From Paramoeba atlantica (taxonomy: Eukaryota; Protista; Discosea), in contig CDRNVI010000233.1 of NCBI GenBank assembly GCA_977017575.1, forward strand, positions 1-35,638: 35,638 nt of DNA, given 5' to 3'. Under the pieces are notes generated by a model. It did no database searches and had not been told where the DNA came from. It saw only the letters and a program-made list of their open reading frames with translations. How positions within the stretch are numbered: position 1 is the first letter of the stretch; each line of letters begins with the position of its first letter. Position numbers and translations under genes: made by a program. Positions 22,878 to 33,772 of this stretch are shown here, piece by piece.

Positions 22878-25800
22878 TGTTAAAAATTATTTTTGATCAA
22901 TAAAAATTATTTTCGATGTTCAAATTCATCGTTTGATAACAAAAAAGTTATAACGCTGTTAATTTTCCATCAAAAATTATTTTTTTTTGCTTCAAAAATT
23001 TTTTTTAACATAAAAATTTATAATGATGATTACAAAATAAGTGTTGCAACTCAAAAAAGTTGTTTAACACTGTTAATTTTCCATCAACATCATAATTTTT
23101 ATTTAAAAATTTTAATCAAGCTCAATTTTATAAACATTTTTTGTAAAAAAATTAAAATTTTTACTGGAAAATTACGGTGAGATGCATAAAAATTAGATTT
23201 AAACATAAATTTATGCAAACTACCGTTTAATTTCCAACAAAATTTAAATTTTTTTCATTCAAAAATAGATTTTTTTAATTTTTCGCCGACAAAATTGAAA
23301 AAAAATTGAATTTTCATTCAAAAAGTTGTAAAATTGAGTCTCAGGATGAAAAAGTGGAAAAAGACCACATTTTATCAATTCGACGCTAAATTAGCAAAAA
23401 ATTTCAATTTCTACACCTAAATGACTGTAGAAATTGGTGTTTTCCTACAATTTTGTGGAAATCCCTGACAAACACTGCTAAATTTCCAACAAAAAGTCAA
23501 TTTGCAGGTGCTGCCCGTGGATTTTCCAACAAAATACTAGCAAAACTACTCAAAATGCTATTTTTCCGGCAGAAAACCGTCAAAATCTGCTTTTTCTGGG
23601 CAGGAATGACAAAAACGGCCCAAAAAAGGCCCTGTCATTTTGCCCAAAAACGCAGTATTTTTTCCTGTTCTGGCCTGCAAATTAGCGGATGTCCAAAGCC
23701 CCCAAAAAAAGTGACTTGGACTCCGAGCCGACTCGAAAAGTCGTATTTTCCGGCAGAAACGAAAAAATATGCCACATTTTGTCCGACGATTATTTACAAC
23801 TTTTTCTCGCATCCCATCATGGCGATTTTGCGGATCTGCAGGTTGGGAGGGAGCCAACTGCATTTTTTGGCCGTTTTGAACCCGTTTTGTAAAAAATCGC
23901 ATATATAAACTCCATAATTTCCCCTCAGAAATCTGCCACTTTTGGAGGCCAAAAAGTGTTTTGCAGAATCTCGAGGGCAAAATAGGAGTTTTTTGACCCG
24001 ATTTTGTGAACAAAACTGGCATCAAAAACTATTCCAAATGCTCCAATCCGAATTTCAGCTATTGAACACTAAAAATGCTGAAAATCGCTATTTCGCACTG
24101 GAATTCCGCCAAAACTCCTTTTCAATGCGTATTTTGGGCGAGAAAACCGTCGATTTTATAATTTTTAAACTTTTTTTTGTATAATTTATCATTTTTAGCG
24201 CGGATTTCTATAATTTCTCGCATAATTTATTAGTTTTATAGCGTTGTAGTTAAAATTTTCATAATTTTATCATCAAAGTCATCATTTTTCTATAATTTCA
24301 AACAAAATTATTAAAAAAAATGTTGTCTCAGACGAAAAAATTGCATGAAAGTTGTTAAACAACACTAAAACTAAAAAAATATCCCGCAGAAATTAAAAAA
24401 CCGTGATAAAAATTTATAAATTCAAAAGAAAAATTTAAAAATCTTAAAAATTTATGATGAAATCATCTTCTTTGTACCAAAATCAGATGTAAACATCAAA
24501 AAATTTTTTTAAAATCACTAGCTGAAACCATCGTCTATGGTTTCTTTTGTTAATGATCAATGTTTTCATTTCATTCATAACATTTTCACGTTAACTTCGT
24601 TCAACTAACTTGAATTTTATTAAAATTATGATTCATAAAATAATTTTTTCATTGCTAAAAATAGAATCGCAATGGAAATTATTATGAAACAAGTTTTAAT
24701 AATTCAAACTTAAGTTTGAACTCGAGTTATAAAATTTTAATAACATTAATATATACTTTTAAATAACTTCTATAATTAATTCAAAAGAGAATTTATAATT
24801 ATGAACTTATAAAACTATATTTAATGATTTAAAAATTTAATAACTTGTTCTAATGTTTTCAATGTAATACGATATTTACGATATATGATCTTCTTTGTTC
24901 CAAAATCAGATGTTGATTATCGTACATTCTTATTACATGAAAACAAAGAACAGCTACGGATAAGAACTGAAATGCCTTCCATATACCGAGATACTTTAAA
25001 TTGATTATAGATAAATTTTCTAAAATATTTAATTACAAAAATAATTTAAAATATTATTTACAAAACTTATAAATATAATCAATAAAAGTATACGTTATAA
25101 AGGAGCGCATAGTTCCTATCACTTTTAAATACGCTATTTTCCTTGATAAAAAAAATCACTGGAAAATTAGCAGTCTTTAAAGAACTTCGATACAAAAAAG
25201 TATCTTGACAATCTCTGTTGTTTTTGTTACAAAAAAATAGTAAATAACTTCAAACATATATACAAAATTAAACGTGTATAAAAAAAGAAAAACATACACT
25301 TTGATACATTCAATCAAAAAAGATCTCAATCATGTATCATTAACTTTAGCATATATGTAAGAAGTTCCTTGGTGATTAATTCTTTTACGGTTTTCATGTA
25401 ATAAACATGTACGATAATCAACATCTGATTTTAACTCAAAGCAGAGTAATCATCGTTAAATATCGTACAAAAGTTATTACAAAGAAAACTGCTAAGAATT
25501 ATCATCAGGAAATTGCACTAAGATTTCCTTCAGAAATTCAAGTACAAATATCCGCTTAACTTATAAAAAGATATAAGTAGCTTCTATATATATTTTTTTA
25601 TCGAAAAAACGATAAATAAATAAAGATCATGATAAGATTTCTACGAAATTCAATCATGAAGCATACACTATAGTGTATGCAAATTATTACAAAAATAATA
25701 ATTTTAAAATTTTTTTCTTCGTAATTCAAAGAAGAATTTACTTGAAAAAAAATATAAATTTTAATGTTTTCGTGTTTAACTACAACTTAAATTTATATAT

Positions 25801-26158
25801 ATTTCGTTAAATTAAGAGAATAATTAAACGAAACTGTTACTCGGCAAAAATAAGGGAATTTTTGAGTAACAGACCGTTCAAATTGAAAACAAAAAAACAA
25901 TTTGCACGGCAATTCTTGGGGTTTTTACGCCTCACGGCTTCGTGATCGGACTAAAGAGCAGTAGCGAGAGCAAGAAAGTTTGCAGGGGTAGTTGAGTTAG
26001 CTATTCCCGGTGGTAGCTAACCTCGATTCCTTAGTCTTTAGTTGTGGTAATTTGGGATAGCGAAGTAAAATTTTTAAAGTTCGCTATCGACAATTACTAT
26101 TCTCTTTCATCTTTTGGCGTGCATTGCTAATTGATCCCAATAGACAATCACATTCAGA
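22878..26158. repeat. Array unit 6 (type B, truncated at the junction with bacterial DNA)
   Basis: Matches unit 2 up to ...agacaatcacattcaga (26158), then diverges. Confidence 0.95.
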
Positions 26159-26165
26159 GCGTGTT

Positions 26166-26450
26166 GGCTGGCCTATATGTATGTAAAGGATCATCCTGGG
26201 TGCTGCCTTTTTGTTAAAGGCGGCTGCGGGGATCGGTCTTACCGCCGATTTCGGGGCGCGTCATCTGGCAGCACATGCAGATGGCCGAGGGCGTCATTGG
26301 CGTGAATTTGTCGATCAGGTCAATAGCTTGGCACTTGTAAAGAATGAAGATGAGATGGTTCGCGACGGTGCCTGTGCGGCCTTTGAATTTTTCCGTAATC
26401 TGCTGATGGTAGAGGCCGCGCGCACGGCTGACACGCAATCCCACGGTTGA
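26166..26450 (+). CDS. hemO: Heme oxygenase (biliverdin-producing, HemO/PigA family), 3' part only, cut by the junction
   Basis: ORF 26211-26450 contains FGARHLA...GR...W..FV...GA..AF..F..LL, as in the Pseudomonas PigA C-terminus. Upstream bases read G-W-(+1 nt)-L-Y-V-C-K-G-S-S-(-1 nt)-L-G-A-A-F-L-L-K, matching the family motif GWLxVxEGSxLGAAFL. Confidence 0.85.
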
Positions 26451-26476
26451 AAGGCTCTCGCAGTGGGTATCCCGAC

Positions 26477-26505
26477 TTGATTTCTGCGCAAACCGGCTGT
26501 ATAAA
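26477..26505 (+). promoter_or_regulatory. Putative sigma70 promoter of the rimP-nusA-infB operon
   Basis: TTGATT (26477-82), 17-nt spacer, TATAAA (26500-05), upstream of rimP. Confidence 0.55.
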
Positions 26506-26532
26506 GCCGCCAAGCTTTTTGTAAAACCGGAC

Positions 26533-26560
26533 AAAGAGTGGGCCTTGCGCCCGCTCTTTT
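26533..26560 (+). promoter_or_regulatory. rimP leader hairpin (attenuator/terminator-like)
   Basis: aaagagtgggc-cttgc-gcccgctcttt(t): 11-bp stem ending in a U-run, between the promoter and the rimP start. Similar leader hairpins are known upstream of rimP in other bacteria. Confidence 0.55.
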
Positions 26561-26587
26561 GTGCATTTTGGGGTATGGCATCGCTAT

Positions 26588-27127
26588 ATGGCCGAACTGA
26601 TTGGACAGCAGTTAAAAGACCCGTTGATGGCGAAGGTCACGGAAATTATTGAACCGTCGATCAACGCGCTGGGTTTTGAACTTGTCCGCGTCTCCATGAC
26701 CGGACAGGACCACAATATCCTGCAGATCATGGCAGATCGTGCGGACGCCAAAGGCAGCATCAATGTTACTGAATGCGCCGAAATCAGCCGTACTGTTTCT
26801 GCCCTTATGGATGTCGAGGATCCGATTTCAGGTGCGTATCACCTTGAAGTCAGTTCCCCGGGGATCGACCGTCCTTTAACCCGTGCACCGCATTTTGAAG
26901 TGTGGAAGGGGTTTGAGGCAAAGGTCGAACTGACGATGGCCCAGAATGGTCGTCGTCGCTTCAGCGGTTTGCTGGATGGGATTGAAGATAATGCGGTCGC
27001 CCTGATTGTTGATGGCGAACGTGTCTTGTTACCGCTGGCCGATATCGCAAAGTCGAAATTGGTGTTGACGGATGAATTGATCGCGCATGTCACCGGCCAA
27101 CGCCGGACTGACGACACCGCAGAATAG
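26588..27127 (+). CDS. rimP: Ribosome maturation factor RimP
   Basis: Motifs GFELVRV, LQIMADR, CAEISR.VSALMDVEDPI.GAYHLEVSSPGIDRPL; first gene of the nusA operon. Start is uncertain (ATG 26588 or 26627). Confidence 0.96.
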   Translation: MAELIGQQLKDPLMAKVTEIIEPSINALGFELVRVSMTGQDHNILQIMADRADAKGSINVTECAEISRTVSALMDVEDPISGAYHLEVSSPGIDRPLTRAPHFEVWKGFEAKVELTMAQNGRRRFSGLLDGIEDNAVALIVDGERVLLPLADIAKSKLVLTDELIAHVTGQRRTDDTAE

Positions 27128-27136
27128 AGGTTGGAT

Positions 27137-28705
27137 ATGGAAGCCACTTCGGGAATGCCACGGCCGGAACTTTTGCAAGTTGCTGATGCCGTTGCCCGTG
27201 AAAAGGGTATTGATCGTGATGAGGTTCTTGGCGCAATGGAGCAGGCCATTCAGAAGGCTGGCCGCTCCAGATATGGCCATGAACATGACATCCGTGCCCA
27301 TATCGACCGTAAAACCGGCGAGATCAAACTCGCGCGTTTCGTTGAAGTCACCGATGACATCGAAAACGATTTTACGCAGATGTCGCTCGAACAGGCGCGT
27401 ATCCGTGATGAAAACATCAATCTGGGTGAGTTCCTGATTGATCCGTTGCCGCCGATTGATTTTGGTCGTATCGCTGCACAGACCGCCAAGCAGGTTATCG
27501 TTCAGAAAGTGCGCGACGCAGAGCGTGAACGTCAGTTCGAAGAATACAAAGACCGTGCCGACGAAGTCATCAATGGCTTGGTCAAGCGTGTTGAATTTGG
27601 CAACGTTCTGGTTGATATCGGCCGTGCCGAGGCCATCCTGCGCCGCGAAGAGCTGATCCCGCGTGAAACAGTACGTCAGGGTGATCGCGTTCGTGCGGTG
27701 ATCCTGGATGTGCGCCGCGAACAGCGCGGCCCGCAAATCTTCCTGTCGCGGACCCATCCTGCTTTCATGGCCAAACTTTTTGCCCAGGAAGTACCGGAAA
27801 TCTACGACGGTATTATCGAAATCAAATCGGTGGCCCGTGATCCGGGTTCGCGCGCTAAAATCTCGGTTCAGTCGTCAGACACCTCGATCGATCCGGTCGG
27901 TGCCTGTGTCGGTATGCGCGGTTCGCGTGTGCAGGCGGTTGTTGCCGAATTGCAGGGCGAAAAAATCGATATCATTCAGTGGTCGGAAGATCCGGCAACC
28001 TTTGTTGTGAACGCATTGGCACCTGCCGAGGTCACCAAGGTTGTTCTGGATGAAGAAACCAATCGTATCGAAGTCGTCGTGCCGGATGATCAACTGAGCC
28101 TGGCCATTGGTCGTCGCGGTCAGAACGTGCGTCTGGCGTCTCAGCTTACCGGTTGGGATATCGATATTCTGACCGAGGAAGACGAAAGCGAACGTCGTCA
28201 GGAAGAAGCGCGCAAGCGTGCGGAAATGTTCATCAAGGCACTTGATGTTGATGAAGTTATCGCCCATCTCCTGGTCGCCGAAGGCTTTACCTCGATCGAG
28301 GAAGTTGGCTATGTGCCGTTGGCCGAGCTGGCAGAAATCGAAGGTTTCGAAGAAGAAATCGCCGAGGAACTGCGTACCCGTGCGCGGACCTTCCTGTCGG
28401 ACGAAGCTGAACGTCTTCAGAAACGCCGCGAAGAACTTAAGGTTGCTGACGATCTGGTCGAATTTAACGGCCTGTCGCTGGCAGTTGTTGTGCGTCTTGG
28501 CGAGAACGAGGTTAAAAACCTTGAAGATTTCGCCGATTTGGCAAGTGACGAGCTGATCGAATTTGCCGGCGATGCCGACAATATCACCATGGATCAGGCG
28601 AACGACATGATCATGGAAGCCCGTCGCAAGCTTGGCTGGTTCGAAGGTCTTGAAGAAGAGACCGTTGAGACTGCTGACGAAGCAGTTGAAAGCGAACAGG
28701 CCTAA
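27137..28705 (+). CDS. nusA: Transcription termination/antitermination factor NusA
   Basis: FGRIAAQTAKQVI, S1 domain, ARDPGSRAKI, DPVGACVGMRGSRVQ, SLAIGRRGQNVRLAS (KH domains) and acidic C-terminal repeats. GAGG RBS lies 6 nt before ATG 27137. Confidence 0.99.
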   Translation: MEATSGMPRPELLQVADAVAREKGIDRDEVLGAMEQAIQKAGRSRYGHEHDIRAHIDRKTGEIKLARFVEVTDDIENDFTQMSLEQARIRDENINLGEFLIDPLPPIDFGRIAAQTAKQVIVQKVRDAERERQFEEYKDRADEVINGLVKRVEFGNVLVDIGRAEAILRREELIPRETVRQGDRVRAVILDVRREQRGPQIFLSRTHPAFMAKLFAQEVPEIYDGIIEIKSVARDPGSRAKISVQSSDTSIDPVGACVGMRGSRVQAVVAELQGEKIDIIQWSEDPATFVVNALAPAEVTKVVLDEETNRIEVVVPDDQLSLAIGRRGQNVRLASQLTGWDIDILTEEDESERRQEEARKRAEMFIKALDVDEVIAHLLVAEGFTSIEEVGYVPLAELAEIEGFEEEIAEELRTRARTFLSDEAERLQKRREELKVADDLVEFNGLSLAVVVRLGENEVKNLEDFADLASDELIEFAGDADNITMDQANDMIMEARRKLGWFEGLEEETVETADEAVESEQA

Positions 28706-28723
28706 GGCCGATCGGAGGACACC

Positions 28724-29314
28724 ATGTCGCATCGCAAAGGCGGCAAGGTAGCCGAGGTTCCGGAACGCCGGTGCATTGTCACCGGCGAGGTCCGGGCCAA
28801 GGAAGATCTTCTCAGGGTTGTGATCGGACCAGATGGTTCGGTTGTTCCCGATCTTGAGGAACGGTTGCCGGGACGGGGATTATGGTTGTGCCCGTCGCGG
28901 GATGTGATAAATACCGCCTGTGCAAAGAATGCCTTTGCCCGGGCAGCGCGGCAAAAAGTCGTGATCGACCCCGAGCTTGCTGACCGGATCGAGCAGCTGC
29001 TAACGCAGAAATGTCTTGATCTGTTGTCGCTTGCACGACGTGCCGGTCAAGCCGTTGCCGGGTTTGAAAAAGCACGTGCCCAAATTGCTGAGGGTGCGGC
29101 TCTGATATTGGCAGCACGCGATGGTGCTGCAGACGGAAAATCCAAGATCGAGGCCAAGGCCCGGGATCTGCCGATTTATTCCGTTCTGAACGCTGCTGAA
29201 ATCGGCGCGGCTTTTGGTCGTGAAAAAGCAGTACATGTGGCCGTTGCGCCAGGAGGTCTGGCCAAACGGCTGGGTCGCTCCTTGAAGCGGCTTGAAGGAT
29301 TTCGCGCAGTCTGA
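28724..29314 (+). CDS. ylxR: YlxR/DUF448 RNA-binding protein fused to an L7Ae-like domain
   Basis: N-terminal PERRCIVT...LLRVV...VVPD...LPGRGLW (DUF448). C-terminal [16 protein letters not shown]...A.DGA.DG..K...AEIGAAFGR...HVAV (L7Ae/YlxQ-like). GGAGG RBS and position between nusA and infB fit. Confidence 0.9.
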   Translation: MSHRKGGKVAEVPERRCIVTGEVRAKEDLLRVVIGPDGSVVPDLEERLPGRGLWLCPSRDVINTACAKNAFARAARQKVVIDPELADRIEQLLTQKCLDLLSLARRAGQAVAGFEKARAQIAEGAALILAARDGAADGKSKIEAKARDLPIYSVLNAAEIGAAFGREKAVHVAVAPGGLAKRLGRSLKRLEGFRAV

Positions 29315-29394
29315 CAACAGGCGTGCGCCGGACGGACAGGACAGGGTCGACATGTGAAGTCGATCCCGCAGGAAATGAGGAAGTTGGACGGATT

Positions 29395-32076
29395 ATGAGT
29401 GATCGCGATCAGGAGAAGAAACCGCTGAGCCTCAACAGATCGAAACTTGAATTGAGCAAGACGGTCGAGGCAGGGCAGGTTCGCCAAAACTTCTCACATG
29501 GACGGTCAAAATCTGTGACCGTCGAAGTGCGCAAGAAGCGGACATTCGAAAAGAACGAATCCGGTCGCTTCCGTGAAGTGAAAAAGGATCTCGTTGCCGA
29601 GGAGCCGCAGGCGGCGCCAGAAGCACCGGAAGCCAAATCGGCACCGGAAGCTAAAAAGGAACCGGTTAAAGAAGTAAAAAAGCGTCCGGTTGTCGAAGAT
29701 CAGGGCAATCTGACCAACAGTGAGCGTGCAACCCGCATGGCTGCTTTGAAGGCTGCTGAAGAGCGCCGCAAGCAGGATGAGGCGGATGCCGAGGTGCGCG
29801 CACGCGAAGAAGCTGCGCGCAAGGTCGAAGAAGACGCCCGCAAGGCAGAAGAAGCCAAAGCGGCAGAAGCTGCCGACAAAGCAGAAGATGCTCCGGTTAA
29901 AGATGGCTCGATGTCTGTCGAAGACGTTGAAAAGTCGATTGCGGCATCAACAGCCAAAGGCAAACCTTCCAAACCAAAACCGGTTGGTAAGCCAAAAGCT
30001 GCCGAGGAAATCATGCCCGGTGAGCCGGCAGAACCGCTGGTTCCTGAAGAGCGTCGTCGTACGGCCCCTGCTGCTGCCAAGACCAAAAGCCGCAAGGAAA
30101 TCGACGAGGAAAATGCTCGTTTGGCAGCACGCAAGCGTGCCGAAGAAGAAGCAAAGGGTGGGGCTGCGCGCGCCAAAACTGATGATGGCCGTCGCCGTGG
30201 CAAACTGTCGATCAACAATGCCATGAGCGGTGACGAAAGTGGTCGTCGTCGTTCAATGGCATCGATCAAGCGCCAGCAGGCCAAAGCCAAGGCCCGTGCT
30301 CAGGGCCCGCAGAAACCTAAGGAGAAAGTCGTGCGTGATGTGGTCGTTCCTGACGTCATTACTGTTCAGGAACTTGCCAACCGTATGGCCGAACGTGCAG
30401 CTGATGTGATCAAGTCCCTGATGGGCATGGGCGTTATGGCGACCATCAACCAGAGCCTTGATCCAGATACCGCCCAGCTTGTGGTCGAAGAATTCGGCCA
30501 TAACATGAAGCGTGTTTCGGATGCTGATATTGAAGAATCGCTGGTATCGGTTGATGAGAATGACGACAATCTGATTGGTCGTCCGCCGGTCGTGACCGTT
30601 ATGGGCCACGTTGACCATGGTAAAACCTCGTTGCTTGATGCGCTGCGTGCAACCGATGTCGCCGGTGGCGAAGCCGGTGGTATTACCCAGCACATTGGGG
30701 CCTATCAGGTCACCATGGCAACCGGTGCGAAAATCACCTTTATTGATACCCCGGGCCACGCGGCATTTACCGAAATGCGTTCGCGCGGTGCGAAGGTTAC
30801 CGATATCGTTGTTCTTGTTGTTGCAGCCGACGACTCGGTCATGCCGCAAACGATCGAGGCCATCAGCCATGCCAAGGCAGCCGGTGTTCCGATGATTATT
30901 GCGATCAACAAGATCGACAAACCGGGTGCCGATGCATCAAGGGTTAAAACCCAGCTGCTTCAGCATGAAGTTGTGGTCGAGGAAATGGGCGGCGACGTTC
31001 AGGCTGTCGAGGTTTCGGCCAAACAGCGTCTTGGTCTTACCGAACTTGAAGAAGCCATTCTGCTTCAGTCCGAGGTTCTTGACCTTAAAGCCAACCCCAA
31101 ACGTGTTGCCGATGGCGTTGTCGTCGAAGCCCGTATGGAAAAAGGCCGTGGTCCGGTCGCAACCGTTCTGGTTCAGCGCGGGACGCTGAAAACCGGTGAT
31201 ATCTTTGTCACGGGTGCAGAATGGGGCCGTGTTCGTGCGCTGGTCGATGATCACGGTAACCGTGTTGTCGATGCCATTCCGGGCATGCCGGTTGAGGTCA
31301 CTGGCCTGAACGGTGTTCCAGCAGCGGGTGATGACTTCGTGGTTGTTGAAAACGAAGCAAAAGCACGTGAAGTCTCTGATTTCCGTCAGCGTCGTATCCG
31401 CGAAACGCAGGCTGCGGCCATGAAGAAATCCGCGCTTGAGAACATGTTCGCGCAGAGCGGTGAAGTTAAAGAACTTCCGATTGTCATCAAGGGTGACGTT
31501 CAGGGGTCGGTCGAGGCGCTTATCGGGACCTTGCAGAAGCTTGGTAACGAAGAAGTCTCGGTTCGCGTCCTGCACAGCGGCGTTGGTGGAATTAACGAGT
31601 CGGATGTCACGCTTGCCCGTGCATCGAACGCGTTGATCATTGGCTTTAACGTGCGTGCAAACCAGCAGGCCCGCGAACAGTCGCGTCGTGATAACGTTGA
31701 TATTCGGTATTATTCGATCATCTATGATGTTGCTGATGACATCAAAAAGATGCTGTCGGGTATGCTGTCGCCGGAAGTTCGCGAGAAGTTCCTGGGCTAC
31801 GCCGAAATCCGCGACCTGTTCACCATCTCTGGCAACAAGATCGCTGGTTGTATGGTTACCGAAGGTACCGTCAAACGTGGTGCAGGTGTCCGCCTTCTGC
31901 GCGACAACGTGGTCATTCACTCCGGCGAACTGTCGACCCTGCGTCGCTTCAAGGACGAAGTCAAAGAAGTCCGTGAGGGCTATGAATGTGGTATGTCGTT
32001 CGCCAAGTATAATGATCTGCAGGCCGGCGATATGATTGAGTGCTTCGAAAACGAGGAAATCGCCGTCGAACTGTAA
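29395..32076 (+). CDS. infB: Translation initiation factor IF-2
   Basis: [20 protein letters not shown]-terminus; G-domain [42 protein letters not shown]; C-terminal [17 protein letters not shown] 29395 (MSDRDQE) is preferred over GTG 29323. Confidence 0.99.
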   Translation: MSDRDQEKKPLSLNRSKLELSKTVEAGQVRQNFSHGRSKSVTVEVRKKRTFEKNESGRFREVKKDLVAEEPQAAPEAPEAKSAPEAKKEPVKEVKKRPVVEDQGNLTNSERATRMAALKAAEERRKQDEADAEVRAREEAARKVEEDARKAEEAKAAEAADKAEDAPVKDGSMSVEDVEKSIAASTAKGKPSKPKPVGKPKAAEEIMPGEPAEPLVPEERRRTAPAAAKTKSRKEIDEENARLAARKRAEEEAKGGAARAKTDDGRRRGKLSINNAMSGDESGRRRSMASIKRQQAKAKARAQGPQKPKEKVVRDVVVPDVITVQELANRMAERAADVIKSLMGMGVMATINQSLDPDTAQLVVEEFGHNMKRVSDADIEESLVSVDENDDNLIGRPPVVTVMGHVDHGKTSLLDALRATDVAGGEAGGITQHIGAYQVTMATGAKITFIDTPGHAAFTEMRSRGAKVTDIVVLVVAADDSVMPQTIEAISHAKAAGVPMIIAINKIDKPGADASRVKTQLLQHEVVVEEMGGDVQAVEVSAKQRLGLTELEEAILLQSEVLDLKANPKRVADGVVVEARMEKGRGPVATVLVQRGTLKTGDIFVTGAEWGRVRALVDDHGNRVVDAIPGMPVEVTGLNGVPAAGDDFVVVENEAKAREVSDFRQRRIRETQAAAMKKSALENMFAQSGEVKELPIVIKGDVQGSVEALIGTLQKLGNEEVSVRVLHSGVGGINESDVTLARASNALIIGFNVRANQQAREQSRRDNVDIRYYSIIYDVADDIKKMLSGMLSPEVREKFLGYAEIRDLFTISGNKIAGCMVTEGTVKRGAGVRLLRDNVVIHSGELSTLRRFKDEVKEVREGYECGMSFAKYNDLQAGDMIECFENEEIAVEL

Positions 32077-32093
32077 GGCGGTGAGGATCTGAA

Positions 32094-32513
32094 ATGGCGA
32101 AGCAACCAGCCAAAGCACCAAGTCAGCGACAGCTCCGAGTGGCGGAAGAAATCCGCCAGGCGCTGTCGCAGGCGTTGGAACGCGGCGATATTTACGAACC
32201 GGAACTGACCCGTCGCCCGGTCACCATTACGGGTGTCAGTCTTTCACCGGATATGCGCAATGCCATGGTATCCTTCACGCCGCTTGGCGGGGGTGAGGCG
32301 GAAGCCTCGCTCAAGGCGCTGACGCGCCAGAAGGGTCACCTGCGCAATCATGTGGCCCAGAAGGTTCACATGAAATATGTGCCGGCATTGCGATTTATCG
32401 AAGACAAAAGTTTTGATGTCGCCGACCATATCGGAGCTTTGTTGCGCGATCCGCACGTTGCTCAGGATCTTGCGGATGGTGGTTCAAACGAACCGGAAAA
32501 TGAGGACGACTGA
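32094..32513 (+). CDS. rbfA: 30S ribosome-binding factor RbfA
   Basis: SQRQLRVAEEIR, V.IT.V.LSPDMRNA, KYVPALRFIED.SFD; directly after infB. Confidence 0.97.
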   Translation: MAKQPAKAPSQRQLRVAEEIRQALSQALERGDIYEPELTRRPVTITGVSLSPDMRNAMVSFTPLGGGEAEASLKALTRQKGHLRNHVAQKVHMKYVPALRFIEDKSFDVADHIGALLRDPHVAQDLADGGSNEPENEDD

Positions 32514-33439
32514 TGGCGCGTCGTCGTCGCGGTAAAAGCATTAATGGTTGGCTGGCGGTCGACAAACCTCTGGAGATCACGTCATCAACCGTGGTCAATC
32601 AGGTGCGTCGTCTGTTAGATGCAGCCAAAGCCGGACATGGCGGGACACTTGACCCGTTGGCGTCTGGTGTGTTGCCAATTGCCTTTGGCGAAGCAACCAA
32701 AACGGTTGCTTATGTCATGGATGGCAGCAAAAGTTATCGTGTTACGCTGAAGTTCGGCGAAGCACGCAGCACGGATGATGCAGAAGGCGACGTTATCGAA
32801 ACGTCTGATCATCGTCCGAGCGCAGACGAAATTAAGGCCGTGCTGAATGAATTCACGGGTGAAATTCAGCAGGTGCCGCCAAAGTTTTCGGCGATCAAGG
32901 TCAATGGCAAGCGTGCCTATGACCTTGCGCGCCGCGATGAAGAGGTGGTGTTAAAACCACGTCCGATTCTGATCAAGGATCTTCGACTGGTCGATATGCC
33001 AGATCGCGATCATGCTGTGTTCGATGTCATATCGGGCAAAGGGGCATATATGCGATCTTTGGCGCGCGATATTGCGCTGCGCCTTGGTACTGTTGGCTAT
33101 ATCGCCGCGCTTCGCCGGACTTCGGCGGGGCCGTTTTCGGAGGGTGATTCCATTCGCTTGCAGGATCTGCTCGAAATGGACCCCGAAGAGGTGTTGAAGA
33201 AAATGCTTCCGGTTGAGACCGCGCTGGACGACATCCCGGCGCTGGCCCTGACCGAAGTCGAGGCGCAACGCCTTTCATCTGGCCAGTCCGTAGGACTGTT
33301 GCCGGTTGCAAAGCGAAGTGCCCTCGAAAACCCCGTCGTGCAGGACGAAATCGTCTGTGCCATGCTCCATAACCGCGCTGTTGCGTTGGCGGAGATAAGT
33401 GGTGGCGAAATTCGGCCCGTACGTGTTTTTAATCTCTAA
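32513..33439 (+). CDS. truB: tRNA pseudouridine(55) synthase TruB
   Basis: [56 protein letters not shown]. Start overlaps the rbfA stop (TGATG). Confidence 0.98.
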   Translation: MARRRRGKSINGWLAVDKPLEITSSTVVNQVRRLLDAAKAGHGGTLDPLASGVLPIAFGEATKTVAYVMDGSKSYRVTLKFGEARSTDDAEGDVIETSDHRPSADEIKAVLNEFTGEIQQVPPKFSAIKVNGKRAYDLARRDEEVVLKPRPILIKDLRLVDMPDRDHAVFDVISGKGAYMRSLARDIALRLGTVGYIAALRRTSAGPFSEGDSIRLQDLLEMDPEEVLKKMLPVETALDDIPALALTEVEAQRLSSGQSVGLLPVAKRSALENPVVQDEIVCAMLHNRAVALAEISGGEIRPVRVFNL

Positions 33440-33456
33440 AGGCGAAAGGATGCCTG

Positions 33457-33726
33457 ATGTCGATTACTGCTGAACGCAAAGCCGAGCTGATCAAAGAATA
33501 CGCTCAGAAAGACGGTGACACCGGTTCCCCCGAAGTCCAGGTTTCAATCCTGACCGAACGGATCAAGAACCTTACCGAACACATGAAAGAACACAAACAC
33601 GACTTCCATAGTCGTCGTGGTCTTCTCATGATGGTCGGCCAGCGTCGTCGCCTGCTGAAGTATCTGCAGCGCAAAGACCAGTCGCGTTACGAGACCGTCA
33701 TTGCACGTCTCGGTATTCGCCGCTGA
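33457..33726 (+). CDS. rpsO: 30S ribosomal protein S15
   Basis: [12 protein letters not shown]...[19 protein letters not shown]...[22 protein letters not shown]; 89 aa. Confidence 0.99.
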   Translation: MSITAERKAELIKEYAQKDGDTGSPEVQVSILTERIKNLTEHMKEHKHDFHSRRGLLMMVGQRRRLLKYLQRKDQSRYETVIARLGIRR

Positions 33727-33735
33727 TTTCGAACT

Positions 33736-33767
33736 ACGGCGGAGGGTGACCTCCGCCGTCGTTTTTT
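33736..33767 (+). terminator. Rho-independent terminator after rpsO
   Basis: acggcggagg-gtga-cctccgccgt (10-bp GC-rich stem) followed by cgtttttt. Confidence 0.85.
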
Positions 33768-33772
33768 ATTGT

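Larger units (their letters stand above)
1..26158. repeat. Tandem array of a ~4.54-4.66 kb AT-rich non-coding unit (~5.7 copies), origin unknown (eukaryote-like or extrachromosomal)
   Basis: The same sequence and ORF-track pattern recurs at offsets 4609, 4538, 4538, 4536 and 4657. Taking position 1 as the unit start (tgttaaaaattatttttgatc), units begin at 1, 4609, 9147, 13685, 18222 and 22878; the last is truncated at 26158. No credible protein gene. Confidence 0.98.

Noticed and set aside
575-24184. Repeated 63-155 aa ORFs in the array (e.g. 575-1030, 680-1147, 3938-4171, 4624-4911)
   Set aside because: They are K/F/N/I-rich translations of homopolymer tracts, often with TTG starts and overlapping on both strands. 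They show no recognisable domains, and copy differences are mostly non-synonymous.
33440-33456. S15 autoregulatory leader (ggc-gaaaggat-gcc hairpin over the RBS)
   Set aside because: Only a 3-bp stem in a 17-nt gap. It is plausible from known rpsO regulation but not supportable from this sequence alone.
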